NCBI GenBank assembly: GCA_965198115.1
Contig: OZ240241.1
Coordinates: 6,336,001 to 6,400,000, forward strand
DNA: 64,000 nucleotides
Origin: Candidatus Latescibacterota bacterium
Lineage (GTDB): Bacteria; Latescibacterota; UBA2968
Reading direction: 5' to 3'
The notes below the pieces were generated by a model, which ran no database searches, had not been told where the DNA came from, and worked only from the letters and a program-made list of their open reading frames with translations. A program made the position numbers and the translations under genes. Position 1 is the first letter of the stretch; each line of letters opens with the position of its first letter. Below, in pieces: positions 10,231-21,306 of the stretch.

Positions 10231-11426
10231 ATGTACACCGCTCTCAATCTGTTGACAGGTCTCATTCTCGCCGTGTGGTTCACTCAGGCCAAGACGGCGT
10301 CTGCCCAGGTGCTGACTCGGTCCGAGGTCGTGCGGATCGCCTTGGCTGATAACCCAAGGGTTTCCGCCGCGAGGGCCGCGTGGGATGCGGCGAAAGCCCA
10401 GCGACTGGTCTCGCTGGCTCTGGAAGATCCGAGAGAAATATCGGAATCACGCAAAGAATCGAGTCGCCTCTGAAGTGGTGGTTTCGCCAACGCGCTTCCG
10501 GTCAACGGGCGGAAGCCGTGCACTTCTCGACTTTCGAGGCGACACGTCTGGACATTGAAGTCGAAGCAAAAACGATCTTCGACCGCGTGCTGGCCGATCA
10601 GGCGATCTTCGCCGCTTCTGAAGAGAATCTTCGGCTTGCTCGGGACCTTGCTTTCAAGGCTCGTAGTCGATTCGAGGCGGGAGATGTCGCCCGCCTGGAG
10701 GTGATGCGGACCGAAGTCCAGGTTGGCCTTGCGGAAATCGCGCGGACCGATGCGGAGGCCAGGTCAACCACGTCGAAAGCCTCTTTGAATACCATCCTGG
10801 GAAGAGAAGTCACTGCGCCTACCGTGATTACGGGCGAACTCACCCTGGAGCCTGCCTCCTTCGAACTCGCCTGTCTGAAGCACCGGTCCTCAATCCAGCG
10901 ACCCGATCTGAATGGTGCTCGCCAGTTGCTGATGAGCCTACGATCGGCGAAATCTGGCACGGTCGTGTCCCTGGTTCCCGATCTGAGCCTTGGCTTTTCG
11001 CGGCAGACGATCGCGGGTCCTGGTGGAAGGTCGTCTTTCTGGCGGACCACACTCGGGATCGAGATACCCGTGTGGGCGCCGTTTCGGCAGCGAGGAGAGG
11101 TAAGTGCTGCCGCCGCGGAGGTTCGACAGGCTGAGGCCAACTACGAGGGTCTCGAGCAGAAGGCTATGCTGGAAGTGGAGTCGAGTCTTTCGGCGCTTAC
11201 GGCCGCCCAAAAGCGAGCGGCGGTGTTCAAGACCGGCGTGCTAAGATTGGCGGAGGCGGCATACGACGCGGCGTCCGAAAGCTATCGACAGGGTAAGGCA
11301 ACGTATCTGGAGCTTCTGGAAGCACAGAAGACTCTTACCGAGACCCGGATCGCCTATTTCGAATCGATCTTCGACTACCGGCGTGCGTTGGCTGAGCTGG
11401 AACGGGCGACAGGAGGATCACTGTGA
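10231..11426 (+). pseudogene. czcC: CzcC/TolC outer-membrane factor, frameshifted with internal deletion
   Basis: N-terminus (10231-10430, ...LALEDP) and remainder (10380..11426 ORF) are in different frames. Confidence 0.75.
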
Positions 11427-12718
11427 TGCGAATCAGCGAGCGGAAGAATTGGACATGGAAGACGACCTGGTGGGGTCTTCTACTGGGCGGACTGGCGGTC
11501 TGCTTTGTGACTGCTCACGTCGCCGCCCAACCCGAGGAGCATAACGACCACGGGGAAGACGTTCACGAAGAGGAACGGTCCGTGCATCTGAGCGCGGTGG
11601 AAATCGAGGAATTCGGAATCCGACTGTCTCGTGCAGAAGCGGGCGTGATCGGACCTATCATCGAACTAGCAGGAGAGATCGTGGCCAACCCGGACCGGTT
11701 CGCTCACGTCGTGCCACGCGTGGGTGGCATCGTGAGGCGCGTCGAGGCAAGTCTCGGGGACCACGTTAAAGCTGGAGCTGTGATGGCGACCACCGATAGT
11801 CGAGAGCTTTCCGATCTGAAATCAGCTTATCTGGCCGCGGTCGAAAGACGCGAATTGGCCAGAGCTGCTTTCGAGCGTGAGGAGCGGCTGTGGAAACAGA
11901 ATATTTCGTCCGAACGCGATTTCCTCGAGGCGAAGCAGTCATTCGCCGAAGTACGCATTGAAGCACGGTCGGCGGAGCATAAGCTCCACGCACTCGGGTT
12001 CTCGGAGGCGTATCTGAAAACACTTCCCCGCCAGCCGGATGTTTCGTTCACAGAGTTCGAGATTCGAGCCCCTTTCGATGGTGTCGTCGTCAGCAAGCAT
12101 CTTGCACTCGGCGAATCGGTGGATGAGGATTCGGATGTTTTTTCGGTCACCGATTTGAGTCGAGTCTGGGCCATCCTCGCGGTGTATCAGAAGGATCTTA
12201 AATGGGTTGTCCACGGCATGCGTGTGGCGGTTCAGGACCGCGAAGGAGGGACCGAACGCTCCGAGGGTAAGATTTCGTATGTGAGTCCCGTTATCGACGA
12301 GACGACCCGTAAGGCGAGCGTTCGGGTTGTTCTGGACAATCAGAGCGGAGCCTGGAGGCCCGGGATGTTCGTGAGAGGACGCATCGTGACGGAAGGGCAT
12401 TCGGTTGCAGTGGCGGTGCCGCGAACGGCGGTGCAGCAGCTCGACGGAGAGGACGTCGTTTTCGTCCACGACGGTACGGAGTTCGAGGCGCGCGATGTTC
12501 AAACAGGCAGAGCAGCGGGGGATCTGATTGAGATTGTGACCGGCTTGGAGGCCGGGGAGACGATAGCAGTTCAAGGCGCGTTCACGCTCAAGACGCAGAT
12601 CGAGAAGGGTGAGTTCGAATCGGGCCACAGCCTGAAACCGAGGCGTCAGTGTTCAGAACACCGAACGGTCCTGTCCAGATCGCCTGGCGTTGTACTTTCC
12701 TGTGTGTTTGAATCCTAA
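11423..12718 (+). CDS. czcB: CzcB-type RND periplasmic adaptor (foreign tail after ...GEFESGHS at about 12631)
   Basis: His-rich N-terminus, IRAPFDGVV, WRPGMFV, GAFTLK. Confidence 0.85.
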   Translation: MMRISERKNWTWKTTWWGLLLGGLAVCFVTAHVAAQPEEHNDHGEDVHEEERSVHLSAVEIEEFGIRLSRAEAGVIGPIIELAGEIVANPDRFAHVVPRVGGIVRRVEASLGDHVKAGAVMATTDSRELSDLKSAYLAAVERRELARAAFEREERLWKQNISSERDFLEAKQSFAEVRIEARSAEHKLHALGFSEAYLKTLPRQPDVSFTEFEIRAPFDGVVVSKHLALGESVDEDSDVFSVTDLSRVWAILAVYQKDLKWVVHGMRVAVQDREGGTERSEGKISYVSPVIDETTRKASVRVVLDNQSGAWRPGMFVRGRIVTEGHSVAVAVPRTAVQQLDGEDVVFVHDGTEFEARDVQTGRAAGDLIEIVTGLEAGETIAVQGAFTLKTQIEKGEFESGHSLKPRRQCSEHRTVLSRSPGVVLSCVFES

Positions 12719-12754
12719 CGACTTCTAGGGCTGACACGTAAGTCGCACTGTAGA

Positions 12755-15700
12755 ATGAACCGGCTGCTCGTTCTTGTGCTGGGTGTGCTTATGGCTGGCG
12801 CCGGGTACTACAGTTATGTACAGCTCCCTGTTGATGCTTTCCCCGACGTGTCTCCGAATCTGGTGCAGGTGTTCACGGAGACGGAGGGACTGGCGCCTGA
12901 GGAGATCGAGAAGTTCGTGACCTACCCGATCGAGACCGCGATGAACGGATTGCCCGGCGTCGTCAACGTTCGCTCGGTTTCCAACTTCGGGTTGTCCGTC
13001 GTGAACGTGTATTTCGAAGACGGAATGGACATTTACTTTGTCAGGCAACTCGTGAACGAACGTCTGCAGGAAGCGCGGGAGCAGATCCCTGAAGGGTTCG
13101 GCGATCCGACAATTGGCCCGATTTCAACGGGCATGGGGCTGATCCTGTTCTACTACTTGGAGGACCAGACGGGAACGCGAAGTCTCGAGGAATTGAGGAC
13201 GATCCAGGACTGGCTCGTCAAGTTTCACCTCCAGACCGTCCCGGGCGTGACGGAGGTCCTGGGAATCGGTGGTTACGAAAAGCAGTACCAAGGTCGTGAT
13301 CGATCCGGACGCTTTGGTTCAATATGACGTGACGATCCAGGAGGTCATCGAGAGGGTTCGGGCGAACAACCTGAACGTGGGCGCCCAGTTCATCGAAAAA
13401 GATGCCGAGGAGTATGTCGTTCGTTCCGTGGGTTGGCATCCACGATCGAGGATATCCGGGGGATCGTGATCAATGCGGTGGACGGTACACCCGTGTATCT
13501 CAATCAGCTTGCAGAGGTAAGGGTGGGAGGCGCCATTCGGCGCGGTGTGCAGACGCACGATGGGGTCGGGGAGGTGGTAGCCGGGATGGTGGTCAAGCTG
13601 TTCGGTACGAACTCCTCCACGGTGATCGAGCGCGTGGAGGCAAAGATGATGGAGATCAACCGGATCCTGCCCGAAGGTGTGAAAATCGTTCCCTACTACG
13701 AGCAGAAGGAGTTGGTGGCCGAGTGTGTGGCCACTGTCACGGACGCTCTTGTAGAAGGTATCGTCCTTGTGACGTTGGTCCTGTTCGCTTTCCTGGGGGC
13801 CCCTTCGACCCAGCCTGGTGGTAGCTCTTGCGATCCCGTTTTCTGTTCGCGACGCTTGGAATGGGTGCCTTCGGGATTTCCGCGAATCTGATGTCCCTGG
13901 GTGGCCTCGCTATCGCTATCGCTATCGGGCTACTCGTGGACGGTTCCATCGTCATCGTGGAGAACGTCGATCGACAGCTGCGGGAGGCCGGTCCAGAGGA
14001 ACCGCGTGGTGGCCAGGGCCTGCACGGAGGTCGGACGGCCGATCGCGTTCTCTCTCATCATCATCATCATCGTATTCGTGCCGCTGTTTACGCTCCAGGG
14101 CGTGGAAGGAAAGACCTTTCGTCCGCTTGCCTACACGGTTTCCCTGGCTATGCTGGGGTCGCTTGTCTTCGCGCTGTTCCTGTCTCCCGTTCTGTCCCAT
14201 CTGATGATGCGCCCGCCGAACGGGTCGCGTCGTGGGGAGCACGAGGAGGGTCGGGTGCTGCGGTGGCTGATCGAAACCTACCGGCCCATGGTCACGTTTT
14301 TCGTATTCCGTCGCCGGCTGGCGGTCGCAGCCGCAGTAGTCCTGGTTGCGTTCGGGGCGACGATCTTCCCGCTCCTCGGATCGGAATTCACGCCCTCTCT
14401 GCAGGAAGGGTCTATGGTGCTTCGCCTGACGATGGCTCCGTCGATTTCCCTGAGAGAGAGCACCCGGATCACACTTCTCGTGGAGCGGCGTCTCATGAAG
14501 TTGCCGGAGGTCACGGGGGCCGTGACCCGCATCGGCCGCGGTGAGATCGGGGCGCATACGGACCCCATCAACAGCGCCGAGATTTACGTGCTTCTCGAGC
14601 CTCGGGAGGCGTGGCGCACCGCGGAGACTCAAGACGACCTGGAGGACGTCATTCGGCAGGAGCTGGGGGACATCCCGGGGGTTTTGACGAATTTCACACA
14701 GCCGATCGCGATGACAGTGGACGAGCTTCTGGAGGGCGTGCGCGCCGAACTGGCGGTGAAGCTGTTCGGCGACGATCTGGATCTGATGAAGGAGAAGGCG
14801 GACGAGATCGCCGCGGTGGTGCGCACGGTCCGGGGCGCTGCGGACGTCCAGGTGGACCAGGTCGGGGGGACGCCGCAACTTCTCATCCGGGTGGATCGGC
14901 AGGCGATCGCCCGCTACGGGATCAACGTTGAGGATGTGCAGCAGGTCATTCGTGCCGCCGTGGGGGGTGAAACAGCCGGACAGATCTTCGAGGGTGTCCG
15001 CCGATTCGACATTCTGGTGCGATTCGCTGAACCGTATCGGAATACGCCTGATGCGATCGGCCAGATTCTCGTGCAGGCGCCCGATGGGGTTCGGGTTCCA
15101 CTGGCACAGATCGCACGGATCGAGGAGATCGTTGGTCAGCGTCAGATTACGAGGGAGAACAACCAGCGGTTCATCACGGTGCAGTGTAACGTCACAGACC
15201 GGGACATTGTGTCGTTCGTGGAGGAGGCTCAGGAAGCCATTGATGCCAGCGTGAGTCTGCCTTCCGGCTACCTGGTGACGTGGGGCGGGCAATTCCGACT
15301 GCAGCAGGAGGCCAACCGGCGGCTGGCCCTGGTCGTGCCCATCACCCTGCTGGTCATCTTTCTGCTGCTGTTTTCGAGCTTCAACTCCTTGAAGAGCTCC
15401 ATTCTTGTCCTTCTCAATATTCCGTTGGCCCTGGTCGGTGGTGTGGTGGGTCTTTGGCTGACCGGGCAGAACCTGTCCGTTCCCGCGTCTGTGGGTTTTA
15501 TCGCGTTGTTCGGCATCGCGTTGGCCAACGGGATGGTTCTCGTTACCTACCTGAACCAGCTTCTGCACGACGGCGTGGCTCTGGACGAGGCGTCGATTCG
15601 GGGCGCGTGCCTGCGCGTGCGTCCGGTGCTGATGACGGCATTGGCGGCGGCGCTGGGTTTGATTCCACTGTTGTTTTCCACCGGTACGGGCAGGGAGGTC

Positions 15701-15835
15701 CAGCGTCCACTTGCCACGGTTGTGGTGGGTGGACTAGTGACTTCGACAGCTTTGACGCTGCTTGTGATTCCGGCGCTCTACAAGTGGTTCGCAACTTCCC
15801 CCAAACACGAATCGGCCGCCTTGGTCGCCGATTGA
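12755..15835 (+). pseudogene. czcA: CzcA/CusA-family RND permease, multiply frameshifted
   Basis: DAFPDVSPNLVQV, SVGFIALFGIA, EVQRPLATVVVGG spread over at least five ORF pieces. Confidence 0.85.
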
Positions 15836-15877
15836 AGGGAGGAATGACAAGAAACAGGAAAAGGATAAATTGGACGC

Positions 15878-15908
15878 TTGACCCTGTACCTCAGTACAGG
15901 GTTATCTT
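15878..15908 (+). promoter_or_regulatory. MerR-type promoter/operator
   Basis: TTGACC-19 bp-TATCTT with dyad ACCCTGTAC-CTCA-GTACAGGGT (15881-15902). Confidence 0.85.
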
Positions 15909-15927
15909 TAGAGGAAGGAGGAACCAG

Positions 15928-16017
15928 ATGGGGCTCAGGACCGGGGATCTTGCGAAGTTGGCTCAGGTCAATACCCAGACTCTCAGGTATTACGAGCGGA
16001 GAAGATTGCTGCCTTAG
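15928..16017 (+). pseudogene. MerR-family regulator, N-terminal HTH only, truncated by IS630 end
   Basis: MGLRTGDLAKLAQVNTQTLRYYERRRLLP*; AGGAGG RBS. Confidence 0.85.
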
Positions 16018-16140
16018 TGCATGGGTTCATAAATATTATTACGTATGTCCTGAACATTATTTGTAGCTTATGTTCTCCTTCAAAAGGAGGAGAACAATGC
16101 CAAGACGTTCGCCTTATGTGGTGCTACTGTCTGAGAAGGA
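16017..16140 (+). mobile_element. IS630-family left-end fragment (near-identical to 47676-47553)
   Basis: GTGCATGG end plus start of orfA MPRRSPYVVLLSEKE. Confidence 0.85.
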
Positions 16141-16156
16141 GACAACATTGCCGCCC

Positions 16157-17125
16157 TCATCCTACCCTTATCTTCCCATCATCCACATCCTCTCCCACCT
16201 CGACCATCACCTGCAGCATCCGCAGCGAATCCTCGTCGTGCTCTTTCGATTGCTTGTCAAACCCCCATCCTGAGCCGGTTATCTTGTCACAGAACGCGCC
16301 CGCAAACGTGCGTTCCTCGCTCTCGCCCAGCACATCGCTCAGGATTCGAATCGACTCCAATAGAATCTCCCGCATCTCCGACTTTGAGGGATTGTCATCG
16401 AAGTCCATGGCATTGACGATAAACCTTCCCACGTCCAGGCAGGAGGCCCCGATCACCCCGCCCGGATCGATCGCCATCCAGCCTCTCGATTTGTCGCTGA
16501 GGATGTTCCAGTGGTGAAGATCTCCGTGAAGCAGCAACTGAGGTTCTTCCGGTGCCATAAGCGTATCCAGGATTGCCTGCGCGCGCGGCATCTGTTCGAG
16601 GTAAGGACGGGAACGCCCGAGATCGCTACAATTCCTTATGTCACGAAACGCTTCGTTCATCCAGTCCTGGAAGTGTGGAAGGTTGTGTGTAGCAGGCGGC
16701 GGTGTTTTATGCAGTTCGACTAGAATCCGTCCCGTGATCTCTGCGCGCTCCTCGCGATTCGGATTGCCCGCCAGCATCGTACCGGGATGTAACCGTTCAA
16801 GCAGCATGGCGCCAAGATCCTCGTCGAGGTCGATCAGCCTGCTGATGCCGCGCCCTTCGTAGATCGCTAGCGCTTCCATTTGGGCTGTGAGATCCGCGTC
16901 AGGCAGGACGACCTTCAGAATCGCCTCGTCCCCATTGGGCAACATCACGAATCCGACAAAGTTTCCCTTGATCTCGTCGACCGCACGCCCAAGTGTCAGT
17001 CCCCATTTCTCGCGGCAGCCCTTCAGGATTTCCGGAAGCTCCTCAAGCCATGTCTTGTCGCCTCTCGACGCGTGCCTGATCATGCGAGCTGGGAAATCAG
17101 GGATATCTGGTCCGTAACTCTCCAA
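16157..17125 (-). CDS. Aminoglycoside/hydroxyurea phosphotransferase (APH(6)/StrB-like family)
   Basis: AILKV, AMLLERLHPG, LLHGDLHHWNIL, WMAIDP kinase motifs; start uncertain. Confidence 0.8.
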   Translation of the reverse strand: MESYGPDIPDFPARMIRHASRGDKTWLEELPEILKGCREKWGLTLGRAVDEIKGNFVGFVMLPNGDEAILKVVLPDADLTAQMEALAIYEGRGISRLIDLDEDLGAMLLERLHPGTMLAGNPNREERAEITGRILVELHKTPPPATHNLPHFQDWMNEAFRDIRNCSDLGRSRPYLEQMPRAQAILDTLMAPEEPQLLLHGDLHHWNILSDKSRGWMAIDPGGVIGASCLDVGRFIVNAMDFDDNPSKSEMREILLESIRILSDVLGESEERTFAGAFCDKITGSGWGFDKQSKEHDEDSLRMLQVMVEVGEDVDDGKIRVG

Positions 17126-17244
17126 GAGTTTCTCTCTCGTCTATCGCTATGACTATTCGCGTGATCTGAGCGCGGCCCGGGGATGGGCCGACTTTCAGGC
17201 AGCGGCATGGCACATAACGTTTGAGCGAGCGCGGAGCCGGTTTG

Positions 17245-17431
17245 GGTGGCTGGGTTCTTGGGGCGGGGGCGCGCCAGGACTGTGGGGAAAGCCGGATTGT
17301 TGGCTTCTCGTGCAAGAAACGGGGATTCTGTCCGAGTTGCACAGGACGGCGGATGGCCGATACAGCCGCACGGTTGACCGACGAAGTACTGCCGAGAGTG
17401 CCGGTCCGCCAGTGGGTGCTCAGCTTACCTT
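17245..17431 (+). pseudogene. IS91/ISCR rolling-circle transposase, N-terminal zinc-binding fragment
   Basis: CGESRIVGFSCKKRGFCPSCTGRRMADTAARLTDEVLPRVPVRQWVLSLP. Confidence 0.85.
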
Positions 17432-17549
17432 GTTCTTCCTGACGGAGGACGAGCGCACCTTTATCACGGAGGGCGCCACTCAGCTCGTCGAGGACTACCG
17501 CCGGATGCTGGCCTGACCTCTCACGACGTGCCGAGGCCTTCGGGGCATC

Positions 17550-18881
17550 TCAGGGCAGCCTGAAGAAGCTCCCGGCGATGTGGCGGACTACCTGAACTTC
17601 CTCGATCGGTTCGTCCTGATCCTTGGCGCAGAACCAATAGGCGACGAAGATGCGGCCGTCGGGCAGCTCGGTCGGCATCTGGTACCCCAGATCATAACTG
17701 TAGCCGTCGCCGCGCACGACGAACTCCTCACTCCAGGTTTCGCCAAGATCGTCGCTGACGACGCCGAGAATGCCGCGGTTGCCCAGATTGGCGGTGCGGC
17801 GCGCGAAGAGGACTAGGATGCGGCCGTCCCGCAGCACCAGAGCCGAGGGACAGCGCCAGCGATTGGCGAGCCTCGGATCGTTCAGCGGACGCTCCGGCTC
17901 CGGATCGCTCATGCGGCCGAAGTGATTGCCCGGGCCGGTAAAGAAGCGGATGGGCGACCATGTCGTGCCGTCGTCGTCGGAAAAGGTGACGCAGGGCATT
18001 TCCGGCGGAATCTGGTACATCGTGCACATCAGCCGCCCGTCCGGCAGGCGGTGCACGCCGGAGTAGGTGTAGCCGTACTTGTCGACGCCCGGAGCCGTGG
18101 GGGCGAGATGGGGGCTGACGCGGGCGATCTCGCTGCAGTACTCCCACGAGATGCCGTTGTCGTAGCTGACGTAAAAGCACATGGCATGCCGCCAGTGATG
18201 GGCGCCGGCGATGCCGAGGACTCCGTTGTCGAAGCGGACACAACCCAGATTCGATCCCAGAAATCCACCGTCGGGGGCCCATGGTGGGGCGTCGATGAGG
18301 GTGGCGTGGGACTCCCAGGTACGACCGCGGTCGCTGCTGCGCAGGCTGAATGACGGCGGATGCCGCGGGTGACCGAGGTCGCCACCCTCTGATCCAACCA
18401 AACCGATCGGCGGTTTCAGATAGGTTCCGTGGCAGAAGTGGATGATGGAGTCCGGCTCACCCAGGTCGATTTCCTCGCGTTCGGCGCGGGGTCGCGGTCG
18501 GAGCCAGTCGAGGATCTCGTCGGTCGAGCGGTCGTTGTGCCAGAGCCACTGGCGCTCCTCGTCCGGCCAGGTCTCGCCGTGGTCGAAGGAGCGGCTGATG
18601 ATGCAGCCCGATTCGCCGCCCCAGCGCGGGTGATGGCTCCACATGCTGCGGGGGCCGCCGCAGTGCCGGCTCCAGGCCCGGTTGGGGCCGTCCCGCATGA
18701 CGTTGTAGTCCATCGGCAGCGCCAGGTAGGCCACGGCGATCTCACCATCGCCGAAGTTCCAGATGCCGCCGCGATTGACGGCATACAGATACATGCCCTC
18801 GTCGCGGTGGACGACGATGTGACGCAAGTCCTCGAGCTCCACCCTGTGCGTGCCGACGGTGCGTTTTGACGTGTGTGTCAT
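17550..18881 (-). CDS. BNR/Asp-box sialidase-like beta-propeller protein
   Basis: Five Asp-boxes (SFDHGETW, SSDRGRTW, SYDNGISW, SDDDGTTW, SDDLGETW). Confidence 0.8.
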   Translation of the reverse strand: MTHTSKRTVGTHRVELEDLRHIVVHRDEGMYLYAVNRGGIWNFGDGEIAVAYLALPMDYNVMRDGPNRAWSRHCGGPRSMWSHHPRWGGESGCIISRSFDHGETWPDEERQWLWHNDRSTDEILDWLRPRPRAEREEIDLGEPDSIIHFCHGTYLKPPIGLVGSEGGDLGHPRHPPSFSLRSSDRGRTWESHATLIDAPPWAPDGGFLGSNLGCVRFDNGVLGIAGAHHWRHAMCFYVSYDNGISWEYCSEIARVSPHLAPTAPGVDKYGYTYSGVHRLPDGRLMCTMYQIPPEMPCVTFSDDDGTTWSPIRFFTGPGNHFGRMSDPEPERPLNDPRLANRWRCPSALVLRDGRILVLFARRTANLGNRGILGVVSDDLGETWSEEFVVRGDGYSYDLGYQMPTELPDGRIFVAYWFCAKDQDEPIEEVQVVRHIAGSFFRLP

Positions 18882-18895
18882 GTCTCATTCTCCGG

Positions 18896-20269
18896 GAGCT
18901 ATAATCAAAAGGTGTGGAAAAAGAGAAAGGGCGACCCTACCCTTCCCGTGAGATAGTTGATTCACACAAAACCGGGTGAGAGGCCCGGTTGGGAAGGAGG
19001 ATCGCCGTGAAGGAACATACGCATAGAGCCCCATTGAAGTCCATGCCGACGTGGGAGACGGTTGACGATTGGATCCGTGAAGAGATCCAGGGCCGGTTCC
19101 AGTCCATTCTGGAGGAGGAGGCGACCGCGTTCTTGGGCCGGTCGTGGTATGAGCGCCGAGCCGAGGTCGATAGCTCCAGGGGCTACAGGAACGGCTACGG
19201 CAAGCCCCGGCGTCTCTCGACGAGCTGCGGAACGATCAAGGTCCGGCGTCCCCGGGTTCGTGGTCTGGAAGAGCGGTTTGAAAGCCGCATCCTCCCCCTG
19301 TTCGCCCGGAGAACCAGGGCCATTGGAGATCTGCTTCCCGACCTTTATCTCCACGGTCTCTCCCAGGGCGACTTCGAGTTGTCTTTGCGTGCGCTGCTCG
19401 GTGATGGCGCGCCGCTTTCGCCGACCTCGATCGCTCGTCTTCGAGGGAAGTGGGAGGTCGACTTCCAGGACTGGAAAGAAAGGCGTCTGGATAATCGCGA
19501 ACTGGTCTACGCCTGGGCTGATGGCATCTACGTCAAAGCCGGGCTCGAGCGCGAGAAGGCGTGTCTGCTGGTCGTGATCGGCGCGATGAGCGACGGCAGC
19601 AAGGAGATCCTGGCGATAGAACCCGGTTATCGAGAGTCTACAGAATCCTGGCTCACGGTGCTACGGGATCTCCGGGATCGCGGGCTCGAACATCCTGTCC
19701 TGATCGCCGCGGACGGGAATATGGGCATCTGGGCGGCCGTTGATCAGGTCTGGCCAGAGAGCCGGCAACAACGGTGCTGGAACCACAAGATCCTCAACGT
19801 GCTCGACAAGGTCGCCAAGCGTGCACAGGCTGAAGCCCGCGCACTGCTCGTCCAGATCCCCTATGCCGGCACGAAAAAGGAGGCCGAGAAGCTCCGGAAA
19901 CGCTTTGCCGCACGGTATCGCTCACAGTTCCCTGCCGCCGTGGAGACGCTCGAAAGAGACTGGGATCGGATGGTCACGTTCTACGACTTCCCGAAGGAAC
20001 ACTGGAAACACCTGAGAACCACGAACGTCGTCGAGAGCCCCTTTGCTTCCGTTCGGCTTCGCACAAACGCCGCCAGGCGATTCAAGAAAGTCAGGAACGC
20101 CACGACTCTCATCTGGCGTACGCTCAAGGTCGCAGAGAGCCGATTCAGGAAACTCACCGCGCCACACTTGCTACAACAAGTCTACGATCAGAAACACTCA
20201 ACCGAACCGCAGGTCGAAGCCGGGAAGATGGCCGCCTGATTTCTTTTACACACCTATTGACCTGAACTC
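18896..20269 (+). mobile_element. IS256-family element (transposase 19007..20239)
   Basis: RNGY, WADGIY, ADG, QRCWNHK, RTTNVVES motifs; imperfect TIRs GAGCTATAATCAAAAGGTGTG / CACACCTATTGACCTGAACTC; no TSD. Confidence 0.92.
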
Positions 20270-20413
20270 GATCCAACGGGAAGTTCAGCGACTGCGCCGC
20301 AACATGGGCGGCCGCGGACGGTTTGGTCAAGCGGGAACTCGGAGCTATCGTTGGAGTGCAATGAGGCGCCGTGGCGCGCCAACGCAAGATTCCGAGCGAG
20401 GAGGATGAGAGAG

Positions 20414-21301
20414 ATGAAATGGCTACAGACGACACAAAAGGTGCAGTTGCTGGGCTTATTCGCCCATCCCCACGATCTCACGCACGCCCTGGGGACCATG
20501 GGCAATCACATTGACAATGGCGACGGCGTCACGGTCGCCATCCTCACCGATGGCGGCGGTACGCACAACGAGCGCCTCTTCGAGGAGCTGCGCAAGGATG
20601 CGTCGGAGCGCGACGCCGGGGTCACCGAGCAGCAGCGCCAGGAATACACGGAGCAAAAGTACGACGAGGCGCGGCACGCCTGCTCCCTGTTCGGGATAGA
20701 CGATGTGCGCTTCATGGGGTATCCGGACAAACCCCTGCGCAGCAGTGACGAAATCGTGGACGCGGTAGCCGACCTCATCTGTGACGTGAAGCCGGACGTG
20801 CTGATCACGGAAACGCCGGAGAAGCAGACGCGCAGCCGCACTTCCGGCGGCGGGGATGACCACACGATGACGGCGACCATCGTCAACGACGCCCTCGTCA
20901 TCGCCAGCCATCCACGCCAGGGCCAGAAGCGCGTACCCCACAAACCCGCACGTATCTACTACTGCGCCCCGTCTGAACCCAATGATCAAGTCGACGTCTA
21001 CGTCGACATTTCGAAGTGGGAAGAGCAGCGCATCGAGGCGGAGATGAGTTACAAGTCCCAGGGTCACACGCCGGCCTACGCCCGCCAGCGCATCGTGCGC
21101 AATTACGGGCATTACGGCTGGTGCGCCGGCGTCAACTTGGCTGAGAAGTTTCTGCGCGGCAACGCCAACGTCACATCTCTGCTTCCAGTTACCGATCTCG
21201 ATCTGAGAAACTCGAAGGGCTCGGGTATCGATCGCGCCATGAGTGTGATGGGCGACGAATACAGAAAAGACGTGGAGGAGACGATCAGGACGGGGAGCTG
21301 A
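20414..21301 (+). CDS. PIG-L/LmbE-family N-deacetylase
   Basis: FAHPHD, LTDGG, DDH, YVDIS, YKSQ, AEKF motifs. Confidence 0.8.
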   Translation: MKWLQTTQKVQLLGLFAHPHDLTHALGTMGNHIDNGDGVTVAILTDGGGTHNERLFEELRKDASERDAGVTEQQRQEYTEQKYDEARHACSLFGIDDVRFMGYPDKPLRSSDEIVDAVADLICDVKPDVLITETPEKQTRSRTSGGGDDHTMTATIVNDALVIASHPRQGQKRVPHKPARIYYCAPSEPNDQVDVYVDISKWEEQRIEAEMSYKSQGHTPAYARQRIVRNYGHYGWCAGVNLAEKFLRGNANVTSLLPVTDLDLRNSKGSGIDRAMSVMGDEYRKDVEETIRTGS

Positions 21302-21306
21302 CCACT

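Noticed and set aside
13952-15568. Long antisense ORFs (e.g. 538 aa here, 5817..6743, 27860..28966, 49903..51069)
   Set aside because: These are shadow frames of real genes in GC-rich DNA with no recognisable motifs.
18896-20269. IS256 as the end of a composite transposon
   Set aside because: Only one copy is in the window; the missing TSD shows rearrangement but no partner.
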